DNA from: a virus
Virus record (IMG/VR): IMGVR_UViG_3300035698_031678
Location: 65,296-129,295 of that record
DNA length: 64,000 nucleotides
Strand: one strand, 5' to 3'
Position numbers and translations under genes: made by a program. This document shows, in pieces, positions 41,652 through 52,600 of the stretch (positions are counted from its first letter, which is position 1; every line of letters starts with the position of its first letter). The notes beneath the pieces are model-generated. The model worked only from the letters and a program-made list of their open reading frames with translations. It had not been told where the DNA came from and did no database searches.

Positions 41652-42314
41652 TTATAGTCTTAATCTTTTTTTCGTCAATTCCATTAAACCTACAAACATT
41701 GTAAGTTCTTCTCTATGGATAATATTGTTTTGCAAGTTGTTTTGCATTTCTTCTGAAGTCATTGTTTTAGAATAATACATTTCTTCCTGGTGGTGTTTCC
41801 AACCATTTACTGTTACTCCCATTCTATGTAACAGTACCGCTTTTTCCATAGTAGTATTAAACTTATTTGCTATAGATTCTATGGGTCTTTCTTTTATGGC
41901 TTTTCTCTGAACTTTGATATTCAAATCTAATTTCCTAATATGGGCTTTCATATTGTCCACTACATCTTCATCATACTCCTTAAGTAGACTACTATTGTAA
42001 TCGTTTAAACTAAAAAATACGTTTTTCAGCTTGTCATTGTCAGTTTCATAAGTAGAAAACCATATCCTGGATTCTCTGGATTTTACCAGAGGTAGTGACA
42101 CTATGTGTTCTACTACTAAAGACCTAAGCATAAAAGGTGGTTCTATTTCTCCTTTGAATTTGACTACCAGGTCTATATTGTAAAGATCATTTATTTCTAA
42201 TCTTAGTATTTCTCCAGTTGCTCCAGATTGCTTAAATATAGAGGAACTAACATCGTAAGTGATGTTAGACCCTATAGCTCTTTTTATTTTTCTAATTCTT
42301 TCGTGAATCTTCAT
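41652..42314 (-). CDS. hypothetical protein
   Basis: 220-aa ORF. Confidence 0.5.
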   Translation of the reverse strand: MKIHERIRKIKRAIGSNITYDVSSSIFKQSGATGEILRLEINDLYNIDLVVKFKGEIEPPFMLRSLVVEHIVSLPLVKSRESRIWFSTYETDNDKLKNVFFSLNDYNSSLLKEYDEDVVDNMKAHIRKLDLNIKVQRKAIKERPIESIANKFNTTMEKAVLLHRMGVTVNGWKHHQEEMYYSKTMTSEEMQNNLQNNIIHREELTMFVGLMELTKKRLRL

Positions 42315-43250
42315 TTATACCAGTTCTGTTTCCATTATCTCTCCAAATCTATCAAAATGGTATTTTTTGATTGTTTCTTCGTAATGGGTTTGTGTTGTTA
42401 GTATTCCCAGTTCATTCTTCTCTTGCCAAACACCAACTCTAGTACCATTTTCGTATAGACCTTTTTCCAGGATTACTCCATTGTTGTGTGTTTTGGTGTA
42501 CTCTCCATTTAATTTTCCAGAGGTTCTAGAACACATTACCAAACAGTCGCTGCTTATTGTTTCTACTTTACCGTTTATGGTTTTGTCTTCTTGTCTTTTT
42601 GATTTCTCTATTTCGCTTTCTAGTAGTGCTTTGATTTTGGTTCTGGCTCTTCTGTTTCTGCTTGTAATTGTTACTCTACTGTTGATGTTATACTCTTTAG
42701 CGATTTCTTCTGGAGATATTCTTAGTATGATTGCTTTTCTTAGAATCTCGTATTCTTCTCCTTGGTATAGTTCCTTAAGTTTTTCTTCTATGAATTGAGA
42801 TTGCATCACTATATCGCTGTGAAAACATCCTTGTTCTGGTTCTAGCTCTTCTTGCTCGTGATTAGGAATTAGGTTTTCAAATACCTCTGCGCTAGTTTTA
42901 GAGTCTTCGAAGAACATTTCACCTTCTAGGATTTCGTGTCTGTTTTTCTTTTTTCTGTAGGATTGTATTGCTTGGTTTCTAGCGGTAACGAATATCCATG
43001 ATAGGAAGCTCTTTTCTGGGTCGAAGATGCTCTCTTCTTTTTTGTTCTTTGTACCTATCCAGATTTTCATTCCTATCTCACTTTTTATGGTGTGGAATAT
43101 CTCTTCGTCATTCTTTGTGATAGAACCTATTGCGCTTCTAACTATTGCGCTTAGCTCTTCAAATATTGGAGCGAAGTTCTTCTCGTTCTTGTCGTTGAAG
43201 AAAGTTTCTGCTAGTAATTGAATTTTGTTTTGTTCGTGTTTCTTTGCCAT
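42315..43250 (-). CDS. sigma-70/ECF-like sigma factor with C-terminal MORN-variant repeats
   Basis: region 2 FDPEKSFLSWIFVTARNQAIQSYRK; region 4 SPEEIAKEYNINSRVTITSRNRRAR; tail KLNGEYTKTHNNG..LEKGLYENG.RVGVW. Confidence 0.75.
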   Translation of the reverse strand: MAKKHEQNKIQLLAETFFNDKNEKNFAPIFEELSAIVRSAIGSITKNDEEIFHTIKSEIGMKIWIGTKNKKEESIFDPEKSFLSWIFVTARNQAIQSYRKKKNRHEILEGEMFFEDSKTSAEVFENLIPNHEQEELEPEQGCFHSDIVMQSQFIEEKLKELYQGEEYEILRKAIILRISPEEIAKEYNINSRVTITSRNRRARTKIKALLESEIEKSKRQEDKTINGKVETISSDCLVMCSRTSGKLNGEYTKTHNNGVILEKGLYENGTRVGVWQEKNELGILTTQTHYEETIKKYHFDRFGEIMETELV

Positions 43251-43297
43251 GCCGATTTTTGTTATCTGTTATTAATTGTTACTTTTTCAGTAGGTTT

Positions 43298-43804
43298 CTA
43301 GCAATAGTTTTTGCTTAGTATTATTTCTTTGTTTTTTGTTCCTTCTATGTAGGCTGTTGTTATGACCGACTTTTCTATTAGAGTCGTTACTAATGCCCCA
43401 ATTGTGAAACTGTTCATTTTTTTGGTTACTAGGTGCTTAGCTCTTATTGGCTTAACCCCTTTGTTAACCAGGTTTCTAATTCTTTTAACAAGTATTGTTT
43501 GTTTTGGTGATAACCCAGTAACGTTCTTTTTTACTGTTTTTTTCTTCTTTTCTTCTTTTTTTATCCCACCAAATATTAGTGAACACATCTTAGGGTTTTC
43601 TTGGTTTACTGCTTCTACTACCTTTTCTAATTTACCCTTTTCATCTAGTGTTTCTAGGTATTGCTCAAGGTCTTCTCTAACCTCTGATTCTAACAGTTCG
43701 TCAGTATCTTCTTTTTTGAATTCCTTCATGTCAATCCAACATCTGAACCACCAAAGTTCAAGAACGTTAAGATTACTTAAATCGTGATTTTTTTGATTTG
43801 CCAT
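43298..43804 (-). CDS. hypothetical protein, possibly early, possible C-terminal winged helix
   Basis: LSPKQ...IGALVTTLIEKSVI; directly downstream of the conserved element. Confidence 0.5.
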   Translation of the reverse strand: MANQKNHDLSNLNVLELWWFRCWIDMKEFKKEDTDELLESEVREDLEQYLETLDEKGKLEKVVEAVNQENPKMCSLIFGGIKKEEKKKKTVKKNVTGLSPKQTILVKRIRNLVNKGVKPIRAKHLVTKKMNSFTIGALVTTLIEKSVITTAYIEGTKNKEIILSKNYC

Positions 43805-43953
43805 TTTCTTGTTTGTTAATTATCGGAATTATTTCCACTTTTATTTTTTCAAAAATCGTTCCGTTTTGTATTTGCGTCATATTGAAATTGCATTTTTTAA
43901 GAACGACATATATTCAGTATATTATGACGTCAAGTCATGAGCATATGACGTCA
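43805..43953 (-). promoter_or_regulatory. conserved upstream element, copy 2
   Basis: reverse complement closely matches 18074-18222. Confidence 0.75.
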
Positions 43954-44056
43954 AGATTATGACATATTCTTTTTACGACTCGATGTCATGTTATGACATG
44001 TCACACATTTTTACATATTCTTCTTTTTAAAGAAAGTGGAATATATGACTCCAGAG

Positions 44057-44063
44057 CTAAATA
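44057..44063 (+). promoter_or_regulatory. putative late promoter (CTAAATA) upstream of the tail tube gene
   Basis: resembles the T4 late TATAAATA; same heptamer upstream of the capsid and protease genes. Confidence 0.5.
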
Positions 44064-44092
44064 CATACATTGTATAAAGTTTTTTTACAATT

Positions 44093-44665
44093 ATGGCAAA
44101 GCAAAACAAATATCATTTTTCTGGCAGTAAGACTAGCACTGGACTCGATCAACCGCTACATCTTACCAAATGGGTAACAACTTGGATTTTACCTGAAGCT
44201 TTAAGAAAAAAATACGGAAACATCCAAGTAATAGATGAACAAATGCTTAATTTAAGCGGACTTGATCTAGACAAGTTACCTAGTGCATTAGAGCAATTTT
44301 ACAAAGGTACTAAAAGGAAATTCATAGGAACTATAGTTGATACTTCTGTAGATCTTACAATGGACTTTGAGTGTAATGTTGATAAAACTACAGGAGAAAT
44401 TTATCCTTATGCCTTATTTCGTGATTGGAGTAAGATTTGTTATGATGCAGAAACTGGAACTCAACTTCCCAAAGAAGATTATGTTGGTCAGATAGTAATA
44501 GAAGTTCACAACCTAAAAGGTACTGTTCTCAGAAAAACTGAATTCCCAATAATTTTTCCCCAAGACAAACCCAATGAGTGGAGTCTTAATCGTGTCTCAG
44601 ATGAGATATACAAGTTATCTATGAAATTTCATGCTGAAAATGGGGAACAGAAATTTTCTAAGTAA
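44093..44665 (+). CDS. tail tube protein, T4 gp19-like
   Basis: FRDWSKICYDAETG.QLPKEDYVGQI.IEVHN..G...R, IFP. Confidence 0.75.
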   Translation: MAKQNKYHFSGSKTSTGLDQPLHLTKWVTTWILPEALRKKYGNIQVIDEQMLNLSGLDLDKLPSALEQFYKGTKRKFIGTIVDTSVDLTMDFECNVDKTTGEIYPYALFRDWSKICYDAETGTQLPKEDYVGQIVIEVHNLKGTVLRKTEFPIIFPQDKPNEWSLNRVSDEIYKLSMKFHAENGEQKFSK

Positions 44666-44711
44666 TTAATTTTATTTAACTTATTGTTTAACAGTCTATA
44701 AATGTAAAAAT

Positions 44712-45725
44712 ATGAATGATAGTCGTTATAAGCTATTCACCCCACGTGTAGCTTACAAACCCTTTGAATACCCCCAATTTTACGAAGAAGGTTGGTTACC
44801 TCAATCTTTAGCTTTTTGGTTACACACTAAGATTCCAATGGCAGAAGATGTAAAAGATTGGAATGAAAATTTAATTCCAGCTGAAAAAAACCTTGTTGGT
44901 AAAATATTGCTAGGTTTTGCACAGTCAGAATGCGAAATTGGTGACTATTGGACAACAATGGTAGCACCCTGGTTTCCAAAACACGAGATTAAACACATGG
45001 CTATGGCTTTTGGTTACTTTGAAACCATTCACGCTGCAGCATACTTTTATCTAAATGAAACTTTAGGTTTAGATAAAGACTTCGAATCTTTCATGGAAGA
45101 TGAAGCTACTGCTGCTAAAGTCAATAATTTGATAATGGTTAAAGCCGATAAAAAAGGTGACATTAGCAAATTTGACATGGCTCTTTCCTTAGCAACTTTT
45201 AGCGCTTTTGCTGAAGGTGTTTCTTTGTTTAGTTCTTTTGCAATATTGTTATCATTTTCAGACAGAAATCTTCTTTCTGGTATTTGCCAACAAATAACTT
45301 GGAGCGTTAGGGATGAAAGCTTACACTCTAACAAAGGTTGTGATCTTTTTAATTTAATGGTAGAAGAAATACCAGAATTGAGAGAAAACAAGGAATTAGA
45401 AGATAAGATTTACGCTGCTGCTAGAAACACAATGTTACTAGAAACAAATTTTATCGACAAAGCTTTTGGTGAAAGTTCTTTACCGAACTTAACTAAAGAG
45501 CAACTTATTAACTTTATGAAATACAGAGTTAATAATAGATTAATGAAGTTAAATCTTAAGTCTATTTATGACATAGACAAAGATTTGCTAAATGACATGG
45601 TTTGGTTTGATATGGCTATAGGAGGCGTACAGAAACCAGATTTTTTTGCGGTAAGACCTACAGCATATTCTGATTCAAAAGAGAATTGGGATGATATGGA
45701 TGGGTTTGATTTAGGAATGGACTAA
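44712..45725 (+). CDS. nrdB: ribonucleotide reductase class I beta subunit
   Basis: YKPFEYP, ETIHAAAY, EGVSLFSSF, RDESLH and DFFA motifs. Confidence 0.95.
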   Translation: MNDSRYKLFTPRVAYKPFEYPQFYEEGWLPQSLAFWLHTKIPMAEDVKDWNENLIPAEKNLVGKILLGFAQSECEIGDYWTTMVAPWFPKHEIKHMAMAFGYFETIHAAAYFYLNETLGLDKDFESFMEDEATAAKVNNLIMVKADKKGDISKFDMALSLATFSAFAEGVSLFSSFAILLSFSDRNLLSGICQQITWSVRDESLHSNKGCDLFNLMVEEIPELRENKELEDKIYAAARNTMLLETNFIDKAFGESSLPNLTKEQLINFMKYRVNNRLMKLNLKSIYDIDKDLLNDMVWFDMAIGGVQKPDFFAVRPTAYSDSKENWDDMDGFDLGMD

Positions 45726-45734
45726 TAAAATTTT

Positions 45735-47414
45735 ATGAAAGATTGGAAAATGGGTATCGATTGTCCTAATTGGGCAAACGACGATTATAAATTGATGATT
45801 CAAGATTATCTCTTAGAAGGCGAAACACCAGCTTTAGCGTATATCAGGGTAGCTGATTCTGCTGCTAATGAATTAGGTAAACCAGAAATGGCTAAAGATT
45901 TCTTGGAAGACATATGGAAAGGTTGGCTTTGCTTATCTAGTCCAGTCTTAGCTAATTCGGGTACAATAAGAGGTTTACCTATCAGTTGTTTTGGAATACA
46001 CTATCCTGATAGTACTAGTGGAATTGGCTTAAAATATCATGAGCTGATGATGATGAGTAAAGTTGGAGGTGGAGTTGGTCAAAAATTTACACCTATTAGA
46101 CCTGCTGGAACTCCTATTTCAGATATCGGTACTGCAGATGGGTCAATACCTTTTATGAAGATATCTGACACCATTGTTGAAAAAATGAAACAAGGTAAGG
46201 TCAGAAAAGCTGCTGGTTCTGCTAACCTTAACATAGAACACCCAGATTTTTTCAATGGATTCTTAGATGCTAGAAGAGGTAAAGGAGACATTTCTCTTCA
46301 ATTTCAAAAGATACATCAGTGTGCCGTAATAGATGATACTTTTATGGAAAAAGTTGCTGATACTAAATCTAATGAATTCAGAGACTTTGCTAGAGTTGTA
46401 AGAACAAGAATAGAGACTGGTGAGCCATTTATTTTATACGCAGATAATGCTAATAAAACTCTTCCAGCATGGTACAAAAATCGTGGTTTTAAAATAGACA
46501 TGACCAACATTTGTACAGAGATAATGCTTATGTGTGATGAAGACCACAGTTTTGTTTGCTGTTTAAGTAGTGTGAACTTATCAAAATACCACGAATGGAA
46601 AGACACTGGCTTTATTAAGAGAGCAATATACTTCTTAGATGGTGTCATGAGTGAGTTCATTAGAAAGGCTAAAAACTATAGAGGGTTAGAAGCTGCCACA
46701 AGGTTTGCTGAAAAAAGTAGGGCTTTAGGTCTTGGTGTTTTAGGATGGCACACTTTTCTAATACAAGAAAACTTACCTTTTACTCATTACTTAGCTAAAA
46801 GTTGGACTAATGAAATATTTGGTTATATTAAAGAACAAGCAGAAGAAGCTTCAGTTGAATTGGCTAAAATATTTGGTGAACCAGAATGGATGTATGGTTA
46901 TGGTAGAAGAAACAGCCATTTATTGGCTATAGCCCCTACTACTTCTAATGCCATTCTAAGTGGTGGTAAGTCTCCTAACCATGAACCTTACAAAGCGGTT
47001 TATTGGGCAGAGAGATCAGCTAAGGGATTGATCTACAGAAAGATTCCTATGTTTGAGAAATTGCTAGACGATTTAGGTGAAAACAAACCAGAAGTTTGGA
47101 GCAGCATCTTAAAATACAATGGTAGTGTTCAGCACTTGAAATTTTTAAATGCAGATCAGAAAAAACTCTACCTATCTTTTGTGGAAATAGATCAAAAAGA
47201 GCTTCTAATAGCAGCTGGTATAAGACAAACTTACATAGACCAAGGTATGAGTCTTAACCTTGCTTTTCCTTTAGATACTAAAGCTGTTGAGCTTATAAAG
47301 ATTCATTATCTAGCCTGGAAATTGGGTCTAAAAACTTTGTATTACTTACATAGTAACAGCGCTTTATCTGCAGATTTAATTGATATTGATAATTGCGGTA
47401 GCTGTGATGGATAG
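45735..47414 (+). CDS. nrdA: ribonucleotide reductase class I alpha subunit (short, no ATP cone)
   Basis: SSPVLAN, PISCF, TNICTEI, CCLSS, AIAPT, KTLYY and C-terminal CGSCDG. Confidence 0.95.
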   Translation: MKDWKMGIDCPNWANDDYKLMIQDYLLEGETPALAYIRVADSAANELGKPEMAKDFLEDIWKGWLCLSSPVLANSGTIRGLPISCFGIHYPDSTSGIGLKYHELMMMSKVGGGVGQKFTPIRPAGTPISDIGTADGSIPFMKISDTIVEKMKQGKVRKAAGSANLNIEHPDFFNGFLDARRGKGDISLQFQKIHQCAVIDDTFMEKVADTKSNEFRDFARVVRTRIETGEPFILYADNANKTLPAWYKNRGFKIDMTNICTEIMLMCDEDHSFVCCLSSVNLSKYHEWKDTGFIKRAIYFLDGVMSEFIRKAKNYRGLEAATRFAEKSRALGLGVLGWHTFLIQENLPFTHYLAKSWTNEIFGYIKEQAEEASVELAKIFGEPEWMYGYGRRNSHLLAIAPTTSNAILSGGKSPNHEPYKAVYWAERSAKGLIYRKIPMFEKLLDDLGENKPEVWSSILKYNGSVQHLKFLNADQKKLYLSFVEIDQKELLIAAGIRQTYIDQGMSLNLAFPLDTKAVELIKIHYLAWKLGLKTLYYLHSNSALSADLIDIDNCGSCDG

Positions 47415-47477
47415 AAACTGGCAAGGCTGTTAAGAATTTTTTATTTGCAGTTGCCAACTGTGTTTTGTTATTTAATT

Positions 47478-47512
47478 AAGGGTCAGGGTATTAAAGCTTT
47501 GACCCTTTTTTT
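47478..47512 (+). terminator. rho-independent terminator after nrdA
   Basis: AAGGGTCA...TGACCCTT stem followed by a T run. Confidence 0.7.
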
Positions 47513-47586
47513 ATATTCCAATAAAATCAGCTTTTGGCAAAAGATAATATTTTTTAATAACTTAATAACTTTATAATATAGTAATA

Positions 47587-47832
47587 ATGATAGGTAGCGA
47601 AATTCAAGAAGATAATACCAAAAGCAGCATAATTTACGTAAATAACGTATCAATTTTAAAGATGAAATTTACTGAAAAGTTTAAAGACATTTCTATGACT
47701 GTAGGTAAAAACGAGAAAGGTGTGGGAGTGTTGGTTTTAACCAGGGCTAACGAATACAATAAAGATCAAATAGGCAAACTCTTAAAGTTGGTTGGTAAAA
47801 TAAATGATGAAATAGACGACAAAGGTATTTAA
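47587..47832 (+). CDS. hypothetical protein
   Basis: 81-aa ORF between terminators. Confidence 0.5.
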   Translation: MIGSEIQEDNTKSSIIYVNNVSILKMKFTEKFKDISMTVGKNEKGVGVLVLTRANEYNKDQIGKLLKLVGKINDEIDDKGI

Positions 47833-47834
47833 TA

Positions 47835-47867
47835 AAAAAGCCTGATACTAATAGTATCAGGCTTTTT
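47835..47867. terminator. bidirectional terminator downstream of the major capsid gene
   Basis: AAAAAGCCTGATACTA-A-TAGTATCAGGCTTTTT. Confidence 0.85.
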
Positions 47868-47892
47868 AATGTAATTATTTTAAAATCTAAAA

Positions 47893-49551
47893 TTAGATAA
47901 TGCTCTGACCAGAACCTTCTGTAACTGTAAACGTTAAATAGTTAAATCCAGGATTAGTACCCACTGAAGCTACTTGCGCTCTAGACTTAAGTACAGAAAC
48001 TTCGCTCATAGTACCTTCGGCAATAGTAGAGATAGTTTCACCCATGATGTAATTTATCATCTTGATTCCAGGCTCTTGATCAGTTCCCTTACGAGAAACC
48101 GAGATTCTAGCATCAGTAAGACCCATCATTGGATCTTCAAAAACATCCATTTTACGTAAAGTTCCAACCTGGTAAAGGTTATCGTTTTCGCTCAAGTTGT
48201 TCTCAAAAGGAGCATCTTGGAATCCACGAGTGTCTTGTAAAGCAGAACTTAGTCTACCATTGGTAGCAACCTTGTTAGCTTTACCTCTACGGTTTCTGTG
48301 ACCTACAACAGCAGAAGCGTATGTAAGACGTGAAACAATTCTACGTTGCATTGATGGCAAATTGTCACCATTTGTAGTAGAAATTAAAGCACCTGAAGCT
48401 TTTGGTAAACTTCTTTGAACATCATCCTCATCAAGATAAGTAGTTGTTGCTCCTTGCTCTGTTGCAGAAATGTGCAAGTTCAAGTTATCACCTGTAATAG
48501 CGTGAAAGTTTGCGTGATGTCCCCAACCTGTGTTGAATACCTTTGTGATAATTTCATCATTGAAAGATTGCTCTAACTCATTTGAAATTGCATCAAAAGC
48601 TAACTGTGCACCATCAATTCCTTCTTCCATAGCTAAGTCTTGTAACATCTCAACTGTATAACCAATTTTAACTTGGTAAGTACGCATTGAGAAGTTTTCA
48701 CTCCACTTAGTAAGACCCATTGAACGGTAACGTCCTGATTCTCCAGTTTCTCTAGAATTTCCAGTGCTTGACATACTACCATCACTACGATTAGCAGTAA
48801 ACGCATCTGTATCATCAAGACCAGCTCCAGAATATCCTTTGATAAAGTTAGTGTAAGCACCAACATAGTCTACTGTACTTGGATTGAAACCAATAAAGTT
48901 TCCAGCATCAGTAAAAATAGCAGCATCATTTACAGGAGTGTTAAGCAATGAAGCCAAAGCACCATTTCCTGTTACTGTTCCTACTCTAAAAATAGCGTGA
49001 CCTTTTGCTCTATCCTTACCTACGTAAGTAATCTTTAAAAGTTCATCACCATCATTGGCATCTTTTACAGTATATTCAGTACCAGCTGTTAATGCAGCAT
49101 TAGTACCAGTTTGAACGATAGCTACCTTAAACACATTAGGCATGTTATCAGCATCTGTTGCAGATAATTTACCGCCAGCGTAAATTGGCTCTACTACATT
49201 TACTACCATGTTTGACTTGGTAGATTGGATAGTAGGAATAAGATCCAAACCAACTGTGTTAGCGAATGAATCGATAAACACACCAAAAAGGCTGTCAAAC
49301 TGACCTTCACTACCTTTAGTGCTGTCTCCAGCTGCAGAAGGGTTATTACCAAGACTAAATGCTCCACGACCAGGTGTGTTAGCGGTTGTAGCTGCATTTT
49401 CATACATTCTACGAACTTGTGCTGCTTCACATAGTCTTTGCATCTTAGACTTAGAGATTTTACTTATACCCTTAGCTGCTAAGTGCTTTGAAATCTTTTT
49501 GTTCCAAGATTCAAATATTTTTTGTTTTACTAATTTATTTTTGAGATTCAT
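47893..49551 (-). CDS. major capsid protein, T4 gp23-like
   Basis: YTVEMLQDL...GIDG, ISNELEQSFNDEI, RRGKAN, VGTL....VFEDP, KSR; follows the protease/scaffold gene. Confidence 0.88.
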   Translation of the reverse strand: MNLKNKLVKQKIFESWNKKISKHLAAKGISKISKSKMQRLCEAAQVRRMYENAATTANTPGRGAFSLGNNPSAAGDSTKGSEGQFDSLFGVFIDSFANTVGLDLIPTIQSTKSNMVVNVVEPIYAGGKLSATDADNMPNVFKVAIVQTGTNAALTAGTEYTVKDANDGDELLKITYVGKDRAKGHAIFRVGTVTGNGALASLLNTPVNDAAIFTDAGNFIGFNPSTVDYVGAYTNFIKGYSGAGLDDTDAFTANRSDGSMSSTGNSRETGESGRYRSMGLTKWSENFSMRTYQVKIGYTVEMLQDLAMEEGIDGAQLAFDAISNELEQSFNDEIITKVFNTGWGHHANFHAITGDNLNLHISATEQGATTTYLDEDDVQRSLPKASGALISTTNGDNLPSMQRRIVSRLTYASAVVGHRNRRGKANKVATNGRLSSALQDTRGFQDAPFENNLSENDNLYQVGTLRKMDVFEDPMMGLTDARISVSRKGTDQEPGIKMINYIMGETISTIAEGTMSEVSVLKSRAQVASVGTNPGFNYLTFTVTEGSGQSII

Positions 49552-49579
49552 GATTATATTATTATTGTTAAACTTTATC

Positions 49580-49586
49580 TATTTAG
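49580..49586 (-). promoter_or_regulatory. putative late promoter CTAAATA upstream of the capsid gene
   Basis: motif 29 bp upstream of the ATG. Confidence 0.5.
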
Positions 49587-49607
49587 ACTTTCTAAAACTT
49601 TCAATTT

Positions 49608-52600
49608 TTAAATTGAAAGAAGTGAATGTAGGTTAGGATTAACCATTTTCACCATTTCCATTAGGTCTTCTTTGGGCATTGATTCCATCATCTTATCACC
49701 TAAAACGATCTCTATCTCCTCTATCTCATCATCATCCGCACTCATGTAAGCCTCTAATTCTTCATCTGAAAGTTCACCTGTGTAGGGCTTATCGCTTACA
49801 AATTCTTTTTTCTCTGAATCTTCCACCTCTGAAATTCTAGCTTCAGGGCTTTCCATTTTAGATTTAGCTGCTTCAATAACATCTTGATTTTCCATCATGG
49901 TGTTATCCATTTCCATCATTTTATTAGCGTAAGTTTCCATAATATTCTTCATTTGCTTACTTTCTTCTTTCATTGATTCAGTCAACTCTACAAGCTTTCT
50001 TTTAATCAATTGATTTTCTTCAAACAAACCTCTTAGATTATGTTCGTTAGCATAGATAGATTTAGCAACATTTCTGTCTATGAATTTTTTCTTAGACTCA
50101 CTAAGTACAACTCTTGCAGAAACAATATTACCTTTTACATCATAATGGGTAGATTCCATCAAACCTTTCAATATACGGTTTTGTTTAATCTTGCTATCAG
50201 TAATTTTAGAAATTTTGCTTTTACACTCTTGCAATAAAACTTTTCCAAAAATATCTTTAGCTTTATCTAGTCCACCTTTAGCTCTCACTCTTTTAGCAAG
50301 CTTGTAAGCAGATTCCATTAAGCTAGTTTTATAAACTTTCTTACTTTCATTAATGCTTAGAATAGTCTTTGTGTCTGTTGCAAAAGCACCCTTCTTACGA
50401 AATTTTACCACTCTTTTAGATTCCGACATTACTACCAGGTTCTTTTGAGCCATAGCTACTTTAGAGTAATTTGACTTAGAAGCTTCGTTAAGCCCCATTG
50501 CAGTAGTGTTTATCATGCTTTTAGCATTTTCTAGGAATTCATCAACTAATTCTTCGCTAGAACGTATCTCAACATGCTCTGTTACAGTAGGCTCAAGTGT
50601 GCCATCCTGGTTTTCAGGTTTCATATCTTCGTTTAAACCTTTAGCACCACTTCTTAAATGAACTTTGAATTTGTCTTTGAATTCAGCATCCATTTTAGAT
50701 TGACTTGGCATTATAGCTTTAGATTCAGAAATATCTTGTAAAACTTCTTCACCTTTCTCTTCAGCTATGTCTTCCTCGTTAGTTTCATCTATCATGCAGC
50801 CTTTCTCTTCTGCCATCTTTTTAGCCTTTTTCTCATCGTAGTATAAGCCCATTTCCTCGCCTTTGTCGCTGTAAAGTGAATAAACTTTTCTATTCTCATT
50901 TAGACCCATTTCCTCTCTGTCAATGTTTGCATCCATGTCTTCTTTAAACATTTTAACAATATCATCTTGGCTTGGCATTACCGCCTTAGATTCGTCAAGA
51001 TCCGCACCACCTTGGTAAGATCCATACTCATCTAAAGAGACCATTGAATCAACATCTTCGGAATTAACTTCTATCATTATTCCAGAATTATCAAAAACGT
51101 GCTTCTCGTCAACAATACCTTTATATTGCGCATAAGCTTCAACATCACCTTTTTTAACCATGTAAGTTTGGTCTAGCTCTAGATCAATAGATTCATTCAA
51201 CTTTCCAGAAACTTCGTATCCGTCTTCTTGTGCAGCTGTATGTGCAGCATTTTCGCTAGGGTAACCATCATCTATTAAAACTCCTTTAGAACCATATATT
51301 GCCCAATTGTCTCCTGAACCTTCAATGGTAACTTTGCCACCAGCGTCTTCGTTAAGAATCCCTTTTTCCATTGCCACAATTTTGGCAATCATTTCTGGTA
51401 TAACATCAGAACCAAAGTCGTAATTTATTAGTAAGTGTTCTACACCACTATCTCCTATTTCTGCATAACCACCATTGGATTTTACATCCTTAAGAACTTT
51501 TTTAATATCTTCTTCTGTGTAAGCTTTTTTATAATAATCTCCTAAACCACTGGCATCTTCATTCATCTTACCATCTTCCATCTTCTTTCTTTGTGCTATC
51601 ATTTCTGGAGATTCAACGTCTTCGGAAACATCATGAATTTTAGCATACCTTTCGTATTCTTGACTGTATCCTTTTGCTAATAAAGTATCTTTAAGATCTT
51701 TTAAACTAAAATCTGAACCCAATTCTGTATTAAGCCATTTAAAGTTTTTGTTACCTTTTATAATATCTTTAAGCATTTTGTTCTGAACACCTTCGGAAAC
51801 ATCTTTTAGTTTATCTTCTACCATTTTAGTGTACTCGCTTAGTAGACCATATTCTTCTAAATCTTCCACTCCAAGATTAATATCACCAACTACTCCAGCA
51901 GATGTTATGGTCACTTTACCTGAATCATCTACGGTATAATTCACTTCTACGTCTCCATCAGGTGTGTCCTTGAGAATTGTTTTAGATTCATTTAGGTTTT
52001 TGTTACCTTCTAGTTTATCTTCTACCATTTTAGTGTACTCGCTTAGTAGACCATATTCTTCTAAATCTTCTACTCCAAGATTAATGTCACCAACTACTCC
52101 AGCAGATGTTATGGTCACTTTACCTGAATCATCTACGGTATAATTCACTTCTACGTCTCCATCAGGTGTGTCCTTGAGAATTGTTTTAGCTTCATTTAGG
52201 TTTTTCTTCTTTCTAAAAGTAGTGTTAGATTCATTGAGCATTGTAACTTCTAAATAATTGTAGTCAATATAATCAGCAATCCATTCTCTAACATCTTCCA
52301 TTTCATCACCTATTTCACCATCGTCATAATGATCATCACTAATAGGCGCACCTTCAAATACGATTGTACCCTTTTTAAACTCTAATGTAACATCACCAAA
52401 CTTTTGACCATCTTCATCTTCGTTAGTTATTTCTGATGTCACGTAGTCTCCTAATTTGTTGACAGCATCTTCAAACGCTGCATCTGAATCAATAATTTTA
52501 GACTCATTTAAATTTTTTCTTCTCATAACTGATTCGCTTAAATCACCTTTAATTTTATCAAAGTCGCTTTTTAAAAGCCATATTGCCATAGGGCTAGCAT

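Noticed and set aside
44712-47414. Intron or intein in nrdA/nrdB
   Set aside because: Both ORFs are continuous and compact, with no homing endonuclease or splicing motifs
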